Shown in pieces: positions 24,501 through 39,500 of a DNA stretch of 64,000 nt; the stretch's first letter is position 1, and the number at the start of each line of letters is the position of its first letter. Below the pieces are notes generated by a model. That model worked only from the letters and a program-made list of their open reading frames with translations, was not told the DNA's origin and ran no database searches. A program made the translations under genes and the position numbers. Source of the DNA: Ascidiella aspersa (lineage: Eukaryota). The stretch lies in NCBI GenBank assembly GCA_963924565.1, contig OZ004611.1, forward strand, positions 22,692,001 through 22,756,000, read 5' to 3'.

Positions 24501-27500
24501 TTTTACTATGCTTTCTTTGCATGGCCATAAGTAGCTATTCGAAAGAATTTCAAGAACAAATAAATTGCAGCGCTCAGTGCAATTCACTTTCACACAAAGT
24601 TGTACACTTTCAGCAACAGCATCCAAAACACATTTTGTAGTTTTATTTTGTTAGCAGGTAACATTCTATTCTAATATGTTAGCAGGTCACATTCTATTCT
24701 AATTCTAATAAACTAAAAATTTACATGCTATATAAGGCGACCTAGACTAAGGAACTGTCAGAAAGTTTTAATATTTTAACAGTCACCTGAATGTTTAGTG
24801 GTGCGGGCCAAAAACCAAAGCACACCGCGGGCCACATATTTTGGTTACGCGGGCCGCAGGTTGCACGCCCCTGATTTAAACTATATGTTTCGTGTTTCGT
24901 TTATTAATGCATTTTATTGTGAGAAAACAATAATGGTCTTTCATATAACCCAGCATCAAACTAGTTTGTCTTGTGATGTTGTGTTGCTAGATATAGTACT
25001 TAAAAATAAAAAAATATCATCGTTTCCAACCCTAGTTTTACCAATTCTGTTCTGGCCTCTAAAGCAAATTCTCCCGCATGACACAAATATAAACGTTCAT
25101 CCATTTTACAAATTTTGACAATGATATGGATTCTCATGCGGCTCTTCAAACCTCTTAAATTTCATGATGCAGCCTACGTGCTGAAAACTTTACACAGTCC
25201 CGGCTAACGACAGCGACGAAAAGTATCATGTAACTTTTTTTTTTTATTCGTGCAGATACGGAGAAACGCTTCTTGAGGCCGAAAAGCAAGGAATCCGAAA
25301 GGGAATGACCCAGGGCTTTTTCGCTGGCTACATGTGGTGCCTTATCTTTCTCAGCTACGCCCTTTCCTTCTGGTACGGTTCCTCGCTGGTATTTGACGAA
25401 AGCAACGGCTTTACTGCTGGTAACTTGATGACGGTAAGCTTTTTACTATTTAAAGCGATTTGTTTAGGTTGGAAAACGATAGCTTTCACGCTAAACAGCC
25501 TCGGTTGTATTGGGTTTTGTTAAAAACTTTAGATAAACTATTGGGTGAATAGTTTTTTGTAATTTTGCTAATTGCAATCGAATATAATGGCCTGCATAAA
25601 TTTTTATTTAGATGCTCAATCAGAATTGTTTGTGTAATCCACCAATAGGTAGGATTTTTCTGTTCTTTAAACTGTTTCCAAAATTGTGTACTGTCTGTAA
25701 TCGTCATAAACAATGATCCAAAACAACGAAAACACTATGTCTTAAAGGTGTTTTTTGCCGTGTTGGTCGGAGCCATTAACCTGGGACAAGCCGCACCCAA
25801 CCTGGAGGCATTTTCAGTCGGGCGATCAGCCGCCGCCCTCGTGTTTGACATTATCGAAAGGGTATTTATACACATTTTGCTCTTAGTTTACTTTGCCCCT
25901 AAAAAATGACACACTATTTTTTCGCAACAATGATAAAACACAACTCATTTATTAACGAAATAGCAATTAAATAAAACACTCAAATTTAAAACAAAGTCAC
26001 ATTATTATTTATTGATTTAGTGGAAATTTGCGTGTAGACCTCTTTCTATTGTGGTCCTAAAGATGCGTACAGTGGTTCCATTTAAAGCTGTACTTTGTTG
26101 GTAACATATATATATTTAACCGGAATGTTATGTTAACAAGAGTGAAAGCTAGACTAACATAAGTGATACTTACGCATTGTAAACGCCACGCGTTCGTTCT
26201 TAATAAAGCCCACTATTTACTGGACGCTGTTGCAACAACTCGAATTTAGCGAATAAACCGGACAGTAGAGCAGGGCTATGGCTAAAAGGTTAAAACACTT
26301 GTCTTATCTGCTGCCGCACATGTTGCCAGAAATCGAAGATCGACCCTTTCTCCGAGTCGGGACACGTCCTGGACAAGGTGGTCGGCGATATCGAATTTCA
26401 CGACGTCGACTTCTCCTACCCGAGTAGGGACGATCAAAAGGTAAACCGCTTGTCGAGCGTTATGTTTATTATCCATGCTCGCTTTGCGGCATAACCCTTT
26501 TATCGGTTCGACTGTATACCCAATTGGTTAACCCTTTTTTCGTACAGATTATCAACAACATGAGCCTCGTATTCAAGGCGGGCGAGACCACGGCTGTCGT
26601 GGGTCCGAGTGGAATGGGCAAAAGCACTATCCTGCAACTGGTTCAACGTTTCTACGACCCCGACAAGGGCTTGGTATGTCCGGGCACCTTGTAACGCTAT
26701 CTATTTACACGGACATTACACTAAACACGACTATTTAGCGCAGCAAGAAAAAATAAAGCTGACCCGGCGGCCGCGACGCGCAGGTTAAACATTAGTGTGT
26801 TCGATTCGGTGTTTAAATGTACCTTTCGTGTACCTTCAGAGGTTAAACAAACAGACTTAACGTTTCGCGAACACTAACATGAGCGGAGTTACCGAAGTGG
26901 TCGGACTTTGATTTAACCATAGTGCCTACAGCGCCAACAAATGGAGGATTCGCTAATACGCATGAATTCACATGGCCTTCCGTTATTTTATAGAGATGAA
27001 GGAAGGCCATATGAATTTGTGCGTATTATATGCTGTTTAATTTATGTAGCTCGATTTATGATAAAAGGAAAGTAAACTTGTTTGGCAGGTTTATGTATGT
27101 GTTGCGTTCTAACTTTAGCAATTGTGTCAACTCTATAGAAGGGAAAGTTGATTAGTTGTGTACACATGTCACCATTTTTTAATTTTTAAACAAGCAGTTC
27201 GACTGTCTCTATTCTGGGAGGTTTAAACAAAGATACCTTTTCGTTGTTGTGCGTTATGTTATTCTCAGTATAGGTAAAACATATATGCATTCGCTTAGCC
27301 TGGAAATGCAGCAACCCAGCATGTCTGAAGTACATATTTTTATGCTGTTTTGAAAAATTCGACCGGCCATCTGATGTTTTGGGTATAATCTGGCAAACTT
27401 TAGGGTGGAAACAACTTTCCAAGCTCCCACTTAAAATAATCCTTCGAATTTTTTTTTTTTAAATTCAATGCCTGCCTGACGGTGGTCTTACCTGATCACT

Positions 27501-30500
27501 GCGGGTATAGTATCCTACCTTTTTTCACAGGAAAAACTTTTTTTTATGTTGTGCAGTAAATACTTAAATTACATTGACATATTGAAACTTTACAGTTTAT
27601 ACTACCACTATAACACAAAAAAGTAAAAAATGTTAACTTCTGCCGATGCGCAATTTAACTCTGGTCCTATCTCCAGTGGCGGCATCAACTCCTCAAACGG
27701 AGATTAGCTCCGAGAAATGGCTCTAAACATTACTGACATTTGAGTTATTCCCTATCTAAAATGGTTTCGTGTATGGCTGCCGATTGGTTATACGAATCCT
27801 CTATTTTCCGAATTATCAAACAGTTTGGCGGCACAATTGACAATCTCTCGAGGTACACTAGTGTGCCGCGGCAAAAAGTTTGGGAATCACTGCCTTAGTT
27901 AGTTAACAAAAACTTGATTCTAATTCAAGGTGACCTTGGATGGGCATGACCTGCGCACGCTGAAGACGATGTGGCTCCGGAAGATGATCGGCATCGTCCA
28001 GCAGGAGCCGAGTCTGTTTGCCACCAGCATCGCCGAGAACATCCGATTCGGACGCGAGGGAGTCACGGATCAGGAGATTGAGAATGCGGCGCGCGCCGCC
28101 AACGCCTACAACTTCATCATGGACCTTCCCGACGTGAGTTCGGCCTTAGATTGAAGTGCTTGTTATATGAGCCGAAAATTGACTTCTTATTTTTGTCGCT
28201 ATTCTTTTTCGGTTTGCTTTGGTTTGTGTTTGTTTTGGTTTTGTATGTTTCGAACCGATTTTTTCTAGAGCTTTATCTGAAAAAGTATACATCTTAGAGT
28301 TCCAAAATTTTTAGACATATCATATGTAGATGCGATTTAAAGTTTTAGGGGTCTGCCCCTAGTTCTTTTTTTTCTTTTTTTATAAAACGCTTCACGAGTT
28401 TGCGTGCTTATGCGATCCTCGACGCCTAATTCCTGTAGCCCGTTAGGGTTTGGCTGAAGCTTGTTGCTTGTTGTTATTTCCATTTCTGGTTATAGCATTT
28501 GACGCAACGTCGAGTGTCTGCCAAAAGTGGCTTCAACCAAAGCTCTTTTTGGAAAGTTTTGTTTTGCAAACAATCCAGATGTTTTGTTTGTTTATTCTCA
28601 ACACGCGTCCCGCTGTCCCCTTTGTCGGGTTATAGGTATAAACGTTTTCATGATTAATTTTCATTATTTATTTTTATTTTTTGCATCCCTTAATTCTTGT
28701 CCTTCAAACTAGGTATGGCTGGTGCCATTGTGGTTTACTTTTTAATTTTGAATGTGGGCACTGACTGTTACGTAACTTAGTTTCCTTCAATGCATTTTTG
28801 TGAAAAACTGGTCGCTGCGTTTGACGTCAAGAGTGTTTACAGTTGCTAATGCCGTTTGCTAACATTCGTTCGTATGGTTCTTGAATATTAGTTTATTGTT
28901 CGAATTTTGTCCAAAAACGAACCAAAATGTACAGAAATTCAACACCGACGTTGGCACCGGCGGCGGTCATTTGAGCGGCGGCCAGAAGCAGAGAATCGCC
29001 ATTGCTCGTGCCCTCATCAGAAACCCCAAGATACTTCTGCTCGATCAAGCTTGTTCGGCGCTGGACATGACAAGTGAAGCCATGGTTCTCCAAGAGTTGG
29101 ACAAGGTAAAGTTTCTTACGCTTTCTATCAGTAAAACTTACTGTATTGCCAACCCATAAAGAGCCCGAAGACGTAAACTGGACGTCTTTTGCCAGTGGTT
29201 TACAATAATTTTATTTACCTCTAAGAGCGCAAGCCGGTCACTAAACTTTTGAAAGCTTACAAAATAATTAAAATAATTATGTCTATTTTTTTTTTAATTT
29301 TCTACCTGTGGACCCAGATCCTCATTATTCATTTATCAACACCCCATGCATTGAAGTTTTGAAGGTTGACGAACGTACCGTTAGCAACATAAAAAATAAC
29401 TGAACAGAAATCAAAATTTGGAAAGCGAATTTTCCTAAATATGCACTAAATAATGCTGAACGTTACAAAATTGCTATTTTTTGGTTTTATCATTATAAGG
29501 CCCAGCATTCCATGTCAAAAAGCAATTGCCCAAAAAAATTGTATTTTTCGCCTAGCAAATATAAACCTGACCTAAAGAAATTTAATATGACGTCACGCAG
29601 GTACGTCACGGTCGAACCACGATCATCGTGGCCCACCGGCTTTCGACGATCCGTGACGCTGACGTCATAATCGGAATCGAGCATGGCAAGGCGGTGGAGA
29701 GGGGAACACACGAGCAACTGATGGACAACAATGGCGTTTACTTCACACTAGTAACGCTTCAGGTAACTATCCTACAAGCGTTGCAATGCAACAAGGATTC
29801 AACGCTAGTCTAAAGTCTACTTCGCGTAAAAATTGGTTTGGCACAAACGCCAAGGATATTGACCTATGAAACAAAATAAAAAGGCTTAATGAAAAATGCT
29901 GATGTCCTGATGGCCAAGGTTTATATAGAATTCGTGATGTCAAAGACAAAAACACTTGAACTGGTTAGGCTGGTTGGTTTAACACAAACCTTCGATGTTA
30001 TTGACCTATAAAACAAATGAAAAATCCTAATGTCCTGTTGGCCAACGTTTATAAGAAAATCAGTTACCTTTGCACCCTAAACTATCGGTTGGCTTTCACA
30101 TGCTTTCGATTGGTCGCCTTTGTATCAAAGTTGCTAGAATAGCAGCCCATGGAAATCCATTTTGGCTTTTTTTCGAAAAGCGTTTTTGTATTGATATGTT
30201 ACAGACAACGAAGACAAAGAAAATTGGAAACGGTAAAGTCTCTGGTGATGCGAGTGACAGTGACAGCAGCGATAGTGAAGGAAAGAATGGTGAGAAAGCA
30301 GATTTTACGACAAAATAAAATGTCAAGATTATAACTAGCTCTTTGCAGAAGATTTAGCGAAAACTTTCTATTTTTATGTATATCGTATTTTTCCACAGTG
30401 TATAGTCCACAGTACTAGAAAAGTTGAATTTTTAGAATTCTGACTTTCTTTCTTAAAAAATTAAAATTATAACTAGCCCCTTGTCGAAGGTTTAGGGAAT

Positions 30501-33500
30501 ACTGTCGCGATTTCTTTTCTTTTTTTTCTACAATTCTGTTTTTGTTTCTGAAAATTTTACAATTGCACGCCTCTCAACGTACTTCCAAATTATTTAGTCT
30601 TGCCGATCGACCAGGGACCGGAAGGACCGCTTGAAAAGGTTACAGACATCACTCACGGACATCGCAGAAGCTTAAGGTAATATTGTGTTTACAATACATA
30701 GAGTAATCGTTTTAAATTTTAGTCACACGTTATATTAGGAGTGCCTTCACAAGAACACTTACTTGCTACTATAGAAAAAAGTTTTTGAAATTAATCCGTG
30801 TTTGCAAAACAAACCAATGTTGTACACAAAGTTTTTGGAAATAACTTAAATGCCAGTCAAGTCATTTGTAAAACAACTTAAGTCCAAGTCCAAATCAAGT
30901 CATATTTAAATGTGAAAGTGTATCCCATTCGAAGTCACGGATATAGCAATTCAAGTCCTTAAGTTCCAAATAAATGTTAAATTTTAAAAATCGAGAAACC
31001 TTTCATATAGCCTGAGCTAAAAATACCGGTATTCGGAAAGCGTAAAATTTAGCGTGCAAGCGTTTACAAGCCAAATTTTGGTAAAATAAGCAAGTTTTAC
31101 AAACAAATACTAAAAACATAACGCCAAGTTAAGTCATTTTGTCCGAAATACTTAAAATCATTTAAAATCAGTGACCGAAATGCACTTAGGTCAGGTCATT
31201 GACTATAATCATTACAACACTGCAGATAATCGTTTGGGAAAGTTTCTAACTTTTACCAAATTTTAACTATGATATTTTTCCAATGCGTGGTTAAACCGGA
31301 ATTTTATCTTTCAGACGAAGTCTCCGAAAGCGCAACGTGTCTCAGTTGGAAGGACCCGATGATATGGCTGCAATGGGCATCACAACACCAAACCCGCCGC
31401 AGAAGTACAGCCGAAAGTCAAAGAAAGATTACGATTCGGACTCGAGCAGTGATGTAGGAAGTTAATTATTTAAAAGCGGGTGTCATTTATGGAAAATGTG
31501 GATTTAACCCCCCAATTTTGCCAATACGTTCGAGGACATAAAGATAGGTTGAAATATACGCATCCTTAAATATTATTCGCAAACAAGTTGGCATAAAATT
31601 AAACACTTATGGCTAAACAAAAAGGTTCATTTATATAAACAATAATTGTACGTATATTTGAGTTTTGTGTTCAATCAGAGCCATACACTCTGCATTTTAA
31701 GGGTATTATATTTATCACTTTTCGTTTGTTTTAAAGCAACGGCATTTTAAGAAACAAACCTAGATTTTGTAATTTAAAAAAAAACTTTTTTTGCTATACT
31801 ATATATTTCAAAAACTGAACATTATTTTCCATAGGCATTTAATAACAAAAATTGATATGACATTGTCCAAAACATATACGAGTGGCTAAAACGCTTACTT
31901 GCAGAGTCTAAATGGTTGTGTGGGTTCAAATGACCACGAGTTTAAATATTTATATATTTTGGTTGTTCTGATTTAACAGGATTCTGATTCCAGTTCAGAT
32001 GAGGAAGAAGAACTAGAACCAGCCTCACTGGGTAGGATCATGAAACTTAATGTGACCGAGTGGCCATACATTCTTGGAGGAACAATTGGCTCGGCTATTA
32101 ACGGCGCCATTCAACCTGTTTTCGCCATTCTCTTTTCTGGCCTGCTCGGGGTAAGAATCCCAGTCTTATTGAAATATAGTGCGTCGGCTATTCCACGGGC
32201 GTGAGTTCGACGCTCACGAAAGTAAAGTTGTTTTCGCAGTAAAATTTTCTTTACACATTTACTTTCACTATATATGTTCCCGTGGTGGTTGCCGATAAAA
32301 TTTGAAAAAAAATACACGTTTTTTAATCTTATGGTACCTTGATATATTGTCAAAACGTTTTTAAACAGCTAATGTCGATTTTAATGAATATTATGACTTG
32401 GATAGTTTTGAATAGGCTATCGTTACTATTGGAGATAATGTGTGCAAAATATTTAGTCGAAAATATTTTTTAAACAATTTAATCAAAATCGTTTGCTTGG
32501 GGCATGATTACCGTCTTTGTTTTCGTCATTTGGCACATTTTTATCACAAGTTCGAAACTATCTTGATTTAGGTATTTTCCGATCATATGTTTCTGTAGTG
32601 TAGGTTTACTTTTTTATACAAAAACTCGAAACAAAAATTGTACGGAAAAAACGAGAATGACTAAAATAAAACCATGTTCTATAGTTATATAAAAGGGCGT
32701 ATCTTTATGGAATCCCAAGCCATTGACAAGCAGGTTTCTGCTTGTCGATTACTGTTCCGTTGACGCATATATAAACAAAAACTTGTTTAAAAACCCGAGT
32801 GATTCATTAGAACTGACAATTCTAGAATGGGCGAAATTTATATCCCTTTAAAAAACGTCTGATCCTGTTTATACTTGGCTTTTTCAACTTTGAGTTCTAT
32901 TGTATTTTCTAAAGTTAAAAACGTTCAACAAATTTTACAGGTTTTTGCCTTGCCAACAGTAGAACAACAGCAACAAGGAGTTAACCTCTACTCAATTATC
33001 TTTGTCGGAATCGCCATACTTTCATTCATCTGCTACTTCCTTCAGGTTAGCAAATTGCATTTTTTTTGGCAGTTTCGTGTAAATCAACAATGCTTGTGAA
33101 TATCGAAGTTGCCTTGTGTTCAACTATAGCATTTACTCTGCAAAACGTAAAACACGCTTAAATATCAAAACAAATTTAGAAAAAAGCCAAAAACAGTTCC
33201 GGGTTACATACATTTAGAATAGTGTAGTTATGGCAGCTACAGAAAACTGTAGCGATTTGAAACGTTTGTTTAAAGGGTTCTCTAAATATGCATGTGTTTA
33301 GAATTACATGTTCGCCAAATCTGGAGAAATCCTAACACGCCGTCTAAGAAAGATGGGATTCGAATGCATGTTAAGGCAAGACATCGGCTGGTACGACGAC
33401 AACCGTAACAACCCTGGAGCACTTTCGGCGAGACTGGCTACTGACGCTGCTATGGTGAAAGGGGTAAGTTGGCATTAAGTTAAATGAGAGGCTGTATACT

Positions 33501-36500
33501 ATGTGCATACGACCGGGTCGATAGGCAGGTAAACTTAAGACGTTTTTATTGTAACAACGTACAATGCACTTAAACGAATGTTTGTCTATAATTATGATAT
33601 GTGTCAGAACGTGGTGGGATTTTAATATCAGAGCAAAAAAAAAATGTCCGTTTTGAATCACTCCCACTGCAGCATGAATATATTTTTTGAATGAAACTGC
33701 ATCCTTAGATATACATACCGATTTACAGCACGCAGCGTTCCACATTTCGTTCTATTCATTACCTCATCCTTGGTGAGCATGTAAACTTGAAAATATAATC
33801 AAATCTGGAGACAGGATAGATTTCTATAGATAAAAATTTGGATTCGAAATTTCCAATCACTTCGTTGCATAGCACATCGGTTCTATTCCACTGAACGCGC
33901 GTCAGGTTTTACCGCTTAAAAACCTCTTCAGCAATTTTCCAACTGTATTGATAAAGTCTATGCCCCGTTAACATCACGCACACAACAAAATTATATTCCG
34001 TTTCCAATGCCAACGATTCAATTTGAAGCCGTGATTTAGAGACAGCTATTTCACCGCGAAATGAACATTTTTGCATGAACGCGCGGCGGTCATAACCATC
34101 TACAGGCCTATTCAGTAACTTGACCGTTTCACTGACAGGCTCTATACCTCGATAAAATTACGCACACAACAAAATTATTTTCCATTTTCAACGCCGACGA
34201 TTCAATTTCGTGATTCAGAGAAACTTGCTATATCATTACATTGTTCTATTACAGGCCACTGGTGGACAAATCGGTATAATTGTGTCGGCGATCGCCAGCA
34301 TCGGCAGCGCTCTCATCATCGCCTTCTACTTTGGCTGGAAACTTGCCCTGGTCGTGGTCGCCTTTCTCCCCATGATCGTCATGTCGGGACTCATCCAGGC
34401 AAGGCTGCTTACGGGAAGCGCTAGAAGGGACAAGGATTCGCTAGAAGAAGCTTCCAAGGTTTGGGCGTTAGGGAAGATTTCTCCATTTATCCATATTTGG
34501 CCTTTATTTAATGTGTAATTGAGGTTGGGTGACTTGACATAGACTGAAATGCGTATGCTGAATAACATTTGTTTCGTTTCTAATATATTTCCATCTGACC
34601 ATTCTCATTAGGTCTTGTGTTATTAAGTAAAAACTGTGAACTATTGTTGTAAATTGCCACGAAAATCTGCCATTCGATAAAAGCCCTAAACACACGAAAA
34701 AGTATTACGCCGCACAACGTTCAATAAAAAAAAACATTGCTATCAGTCCTTTTAGTTCCCGCCATGAGAAATTTTTTTCTTACTCATACGAATATTGTTG
34801 CGCCATATAGTCGCAAACAAATTAGTCTATTGTAAACTCTGTATGCTTCCCATCTGTTTCTGGCGATTTAATATTTCGGTGGGCTCGCGCCCCAATTCCT
34901 GAGAATATTCTTGACCCGAGCCAATTAAACAAAATTCTTCGAGTTTACTGCGGAGGCCAAAAAAGCAATTTCATTGTAGTTAACTTGTCTTAAAACATAT
35001 CACAAGTATAACAGACTAAAGCTTATTTAAGGAACGATAATGAACGTTCCTCATTGTGAACTGTTAATAGTAAAATCTAATTTTTTTGTTGTGTTTATTT
35101 TAAAGTATACATTTTCAAAATGTCTGCTTTAAATAATGTCGATGCTATTCAAGTATTTCCCCTCTGACACAATTTTATTTTTCGTTTTCCATGAAGGTTG
35201 TGTCGGAAGCGATCGAAAACATACGCACCGTGGCTTCTCTGAACAAAGAGGAATACTTTACTTTCGAGTACAACAGCGTTCTGGCGAAGCCTTACAGGTA
35301 CAGCGAGTGATATGTTACATCGGCCAATGTACCGCCCACTTTTTTTTAGCTTTTTCTTAGTTTAATTCACCAAGTTGCATTTCGCTTTGAACACAAAAAA
35401 TACTCCTGAAACAACGTAAAGCAAAATCCATACTGTAATAGTCAGTTTGTACGTTCTGTTATTCTATAAAAAATGATTCACTCTTGCGGTTGTAGAAATA
35501 CTCCGTCTAAATGTGTCGATTCAAAAACTGTCTCCCTATAAGAGTTTATTTTTTTTTGTAATCCTTGAGTTTACAACCAAACAATAAACTGTATTGTCAG
35601 TTTACAACCAAACAATAAAGAATGTATGCGTTTAGAACGCGACCACCATTTCTGAGATTTAAGTTTTTGTTGTTTTTTATTCATTTTTGATATTTTTTTA
35701 CAGCGAAGGCAAGTACAACTCCCGCGTGTACGGAGTTACTTTTGGAATCGCGAACTGCATCATATTTTTCGCCTACGCCGCCTCGTTTCGATTTGGAGGT
35801 TATTTGGTGGCACGGGGCGAAATGGAATTCCAATATGTCTTCAGGTGAGCGTAACCTATACCCTGGCACTAAATACCGAATGAAATGAAACCATAAAAAG
35901 TATAAATTGGGTTATTTAGTGGTTAGATTTTATATAAAGGAAGTAAGTATGTTGAATAGTGACGAATGGCCGTCATCTTCAGAATTTTTCAAACAAAAGA
36001 AATGTTGCAAAGATGTCAAACTATTCTCTTATCGGGTGAATTGGACGCGTGAAGTTTAAGTCAGATTTTCAGACCATTTTGTTCATTGGTTCAAGTAAAC
36101 AAACGACTTAGCCCTTTTTTGAAAGATCACTTTTTTACAGCATAACCACGAGAAACACATAATTAATCTCAAGTCGTCAACATATTTGGAACCAATGCAA
36201 ATATTATTGCCCGTGAGAATTTTTTTTCGGTTTAATATATATCTCTTTGTTTCTTCAGGGTGTTTTCTGCCATTGTGTTTGGTGGAACGGCGCTCGGAAG
36301 GGCTTCCAACTACGCTCCCGATTACGCTAAAGCCAAAACGTCGGCCGCCCGCATTTTCAAACTCTTAGACCGCGAACCTCCCATCGACAGCTACAGCGAA
36401 AAAGGAGATAAATGGGTAAGGCTGCGAACTGTGGCGAACGTTCGAACAAGTTGTTTGGGGACGATTTTGATGGAAATATGCAATCATGCTAAATATACTT

Positions 36501-39500
36501 GAAGTTGATTTTTCCGAAAATCTTGAAAATGCAAAGTTTGCATTGTCTAATAAAAATGCCAAAAGCTAATAAAAGAGAGAAAAATAAAACGAGAACAAAA
36601 GCGTATTTTGGCACAATACTCAATATATTATCAACATTGCAATACTCAATTTGAAACATTGGACAATAGTAATGACGTCATTTGGAATTTTGCCAAAAAT
36701 ATTGCGTTTCTTTATTGGAATGGCATACCAGGTTTCGGACAACCCTTGCAATAAACACGAATGTGGTGCAACCACAACTTTCGAATACGTGTTTCATGTC
36801 CTTTTAACTTCTATAGCCTTTGAACCGCTTAAAATTGGTTGTACTGCGTACCTAAAAGCGGTTAAATCCTCAACGTTACGGACCTCCCTCGCTTACAGAG
36901 CGACTTCAAGGGTGAGATCGTCTTCAAGGATTGCCTATTCACCTACCCTACCCGGCCCGACATCACGGTACTTCGCGGCCTCAACGTTTCCATCGGAGCC
37001 GGCGAGACACTGGCCCTTGTCGGCCAAAGCGGATGTGGCAAGAGCACAAGTGTTCAGTTGCTGGAACGCTTTTACGATCCCGACGGTGGTGTAGTGGTGA
37101 GTGACAGCAGTTAGTAGCAAGTAGCGCTGCGCAGTCGGACTCGGGACTCGAGTAAAACTACATAATACTACCCGAGTCTCGAAAGTGATGAGGCAGTAAA
37201 CCGTAAAATGTAAAAGTGTAATAGCAAATGGTGGAATAAATTCCAACCTTGTACAGTATATTGTGGGTAGATGAATTACATGACACCCCTAAGAGTCGAT
37301 TGCTGAATATCCACCTTATTTTAGTTGCGTAAATGGGTGAAATACAGGAAATAGAGTCAAAGCCATGCTGTAATGATGACGCGTGAACCAGGTCGGCAAG
37401 ATTTTTCCAATAAGACTTTATTAGTTCTAAAACAAAAATACTTTTCTGAAAACCTGCTGATTTTGGTCCAACAAATGTGAAACTATAATACAGTATAAAT
37501 ACATACGAGAGAAAGGCGCCAAAAAGTTTTATTTTTTTGTACTTTGTACTTTGGAAAAAGTTATTCTTTTTTAATTACATAGTAAGAATCAATTACCCAA
37601 ATGGATTCCATGGACCTCATAGTTTAAGATCCCCTAACTTAGTCATCATTTTTATGCATTGATTTAGGTTTCTTTATATCTTGCAAAGTATAAACTCTTC
37701 CATTAAAAAACTCCCTTCTCTGGTAATATCGCACAACACCGATCCGACAGTTTCGCATTCACTTCGCAGTTGGTCGACGGACACGAAACCTCCAAGACCA
37801 ACGTTGGTTTCCTGAGGGGCAAGATCGGCATCGTGTCTCAGGAGCCGGTGCTGTTCGGTGGATCGGTGCGCGACAACATTGTGTACGGCGACCAGTCGCG
37901 GGTCGTGCCTCAGGCTGACGTGGAGAGGGCGGCCAAGCTGGCCAACATGCACGAGTTCATCTTGGCGCTAAGAGACGTAAGTTTTGCCCTTTTGCAGTGT
38001 TGTAAACAAGCCATTTTGACATTTTTTGAAAGTCCCAGTCAAGTCATTTGTAAAACTGACTCAAGTCCAAGTCGAGTATTTTTGAATATATAACAAGTCA
38101 AGTCCTATTACAGCAAGTCAATTTCAAGTCAAGTCCTTAATTGCCATAAACATTAAAAGCTACCAAAATTGGTAAATTCATTCGATTTTATGAGCAATTA
38201 ACTCAAGTAAAAATATGTTAAAATTTTTCTTAGGATAAACCTCAGTAAATATAACTTTATAAAACTATACTGCTGTCGGTGACCTAACCAAATCTAACGG
38301 CGACACATTTTGGGTCGCGCCACACGGGTTAAGAAACACTTAAACGGACATGGTATGCTTACTATCATACGCGATGTATACGTAGTGATGAGTTCATGTT
38401 TGTTTCTGTGCGTTTGCAGGGTTACGAGACCAGCGTTGGAGACAAGGGTGACCAGCTGTCTCGTGGTCAAAAGCAACGAGTGGCAATCGCCCGTGCTCTG
38501 GTCAGAAGCCCGAAGATTCTTTTGCTGGACGAAGCAACATCTGCACTGGACACTGGTGATTACAGATATTCGATTTTTTTAAACTACAAAGATTACATGT
38601 TAACAACAGTGTCAGTTGTTCCTGCAAAGTTTATTCGTCAGGATAACGTTGATTTATATATTGTTTATGGTTCCCAAAACATATCTTGTAAATATATTAA
38701 TAAATGTATTTATACATTGATTTAACAATCTTGACATTCTCATAAGGCTTATATAAGGACTATATTTCCAGTTTTTAATTGATATAGTTGCGGTTTACCT
38801 TACACGGACTTTAAATTGTACTTTAGGGCAGCAATGTTTACTTTAAATCACGGCCACCGGGTCGGAGTCGGAACTCGGGACTCGTGTAGTCTGTTTGTTT
38901 TGCTGGAGTCAGACTCGGGACGCGAGTAAGGCCAGGTAAAATTACCCGAGTCCCGAGTCCGACATGCGCATGCGCACTACTAAATTTTAAAACTGATATG
39001 CCTACCAACTGGAAAATTGTTAAGGTGGTATAGCATATGGTGGAATATTTTCCAACTATGTTCTGTGAGTGAATGAATTATTCGACACCCCTTTAGGTGG
39101 ATTGCTGAAAAAGCCACGTTATTTTAGTAACGCAAATTGGCGGAATACAGGCTGTAGAGCAGTGATTCTCAACCTTTTTTAGAGCAAGAGCCGCATTTCA
39201 AACCTAAGGTTTGCAAGGAGCCGCATAAAAAACAACAGTAGGCATATAATCAAAAAACATTAAGAAAGCAACAAGAAAACAACAAATATACATTACGCTA
39301 GCCTAGGCTAACTAATTAACAGTGTTTGCCATAGCTTATCGATCAGGACTAAATATATTGTGACGTAACAAACCACAAAATTGTTTTAAAGAGCTGGATG
39401 GAAGTACCCGGTAACATTAGTGCTTCGTAATCGGGATCCTTGCTGATGCAACTCATTAATTCTTGATTTCTCTTACTTACTTTGTTGCAATTCTGCTACT

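Noticed and set aside
28935-29105. Treating the E->Q change as a sign of pseudogenisation
   Set aside because: All 32 exons are open and in phase, and the change falls at the site already degenerate in ABCB11.
36651-37094. 147-aa ORF and similar overlapping or antisense ORFs across exons
   Set aside because: These are alternative frames of GC-richer true exons.
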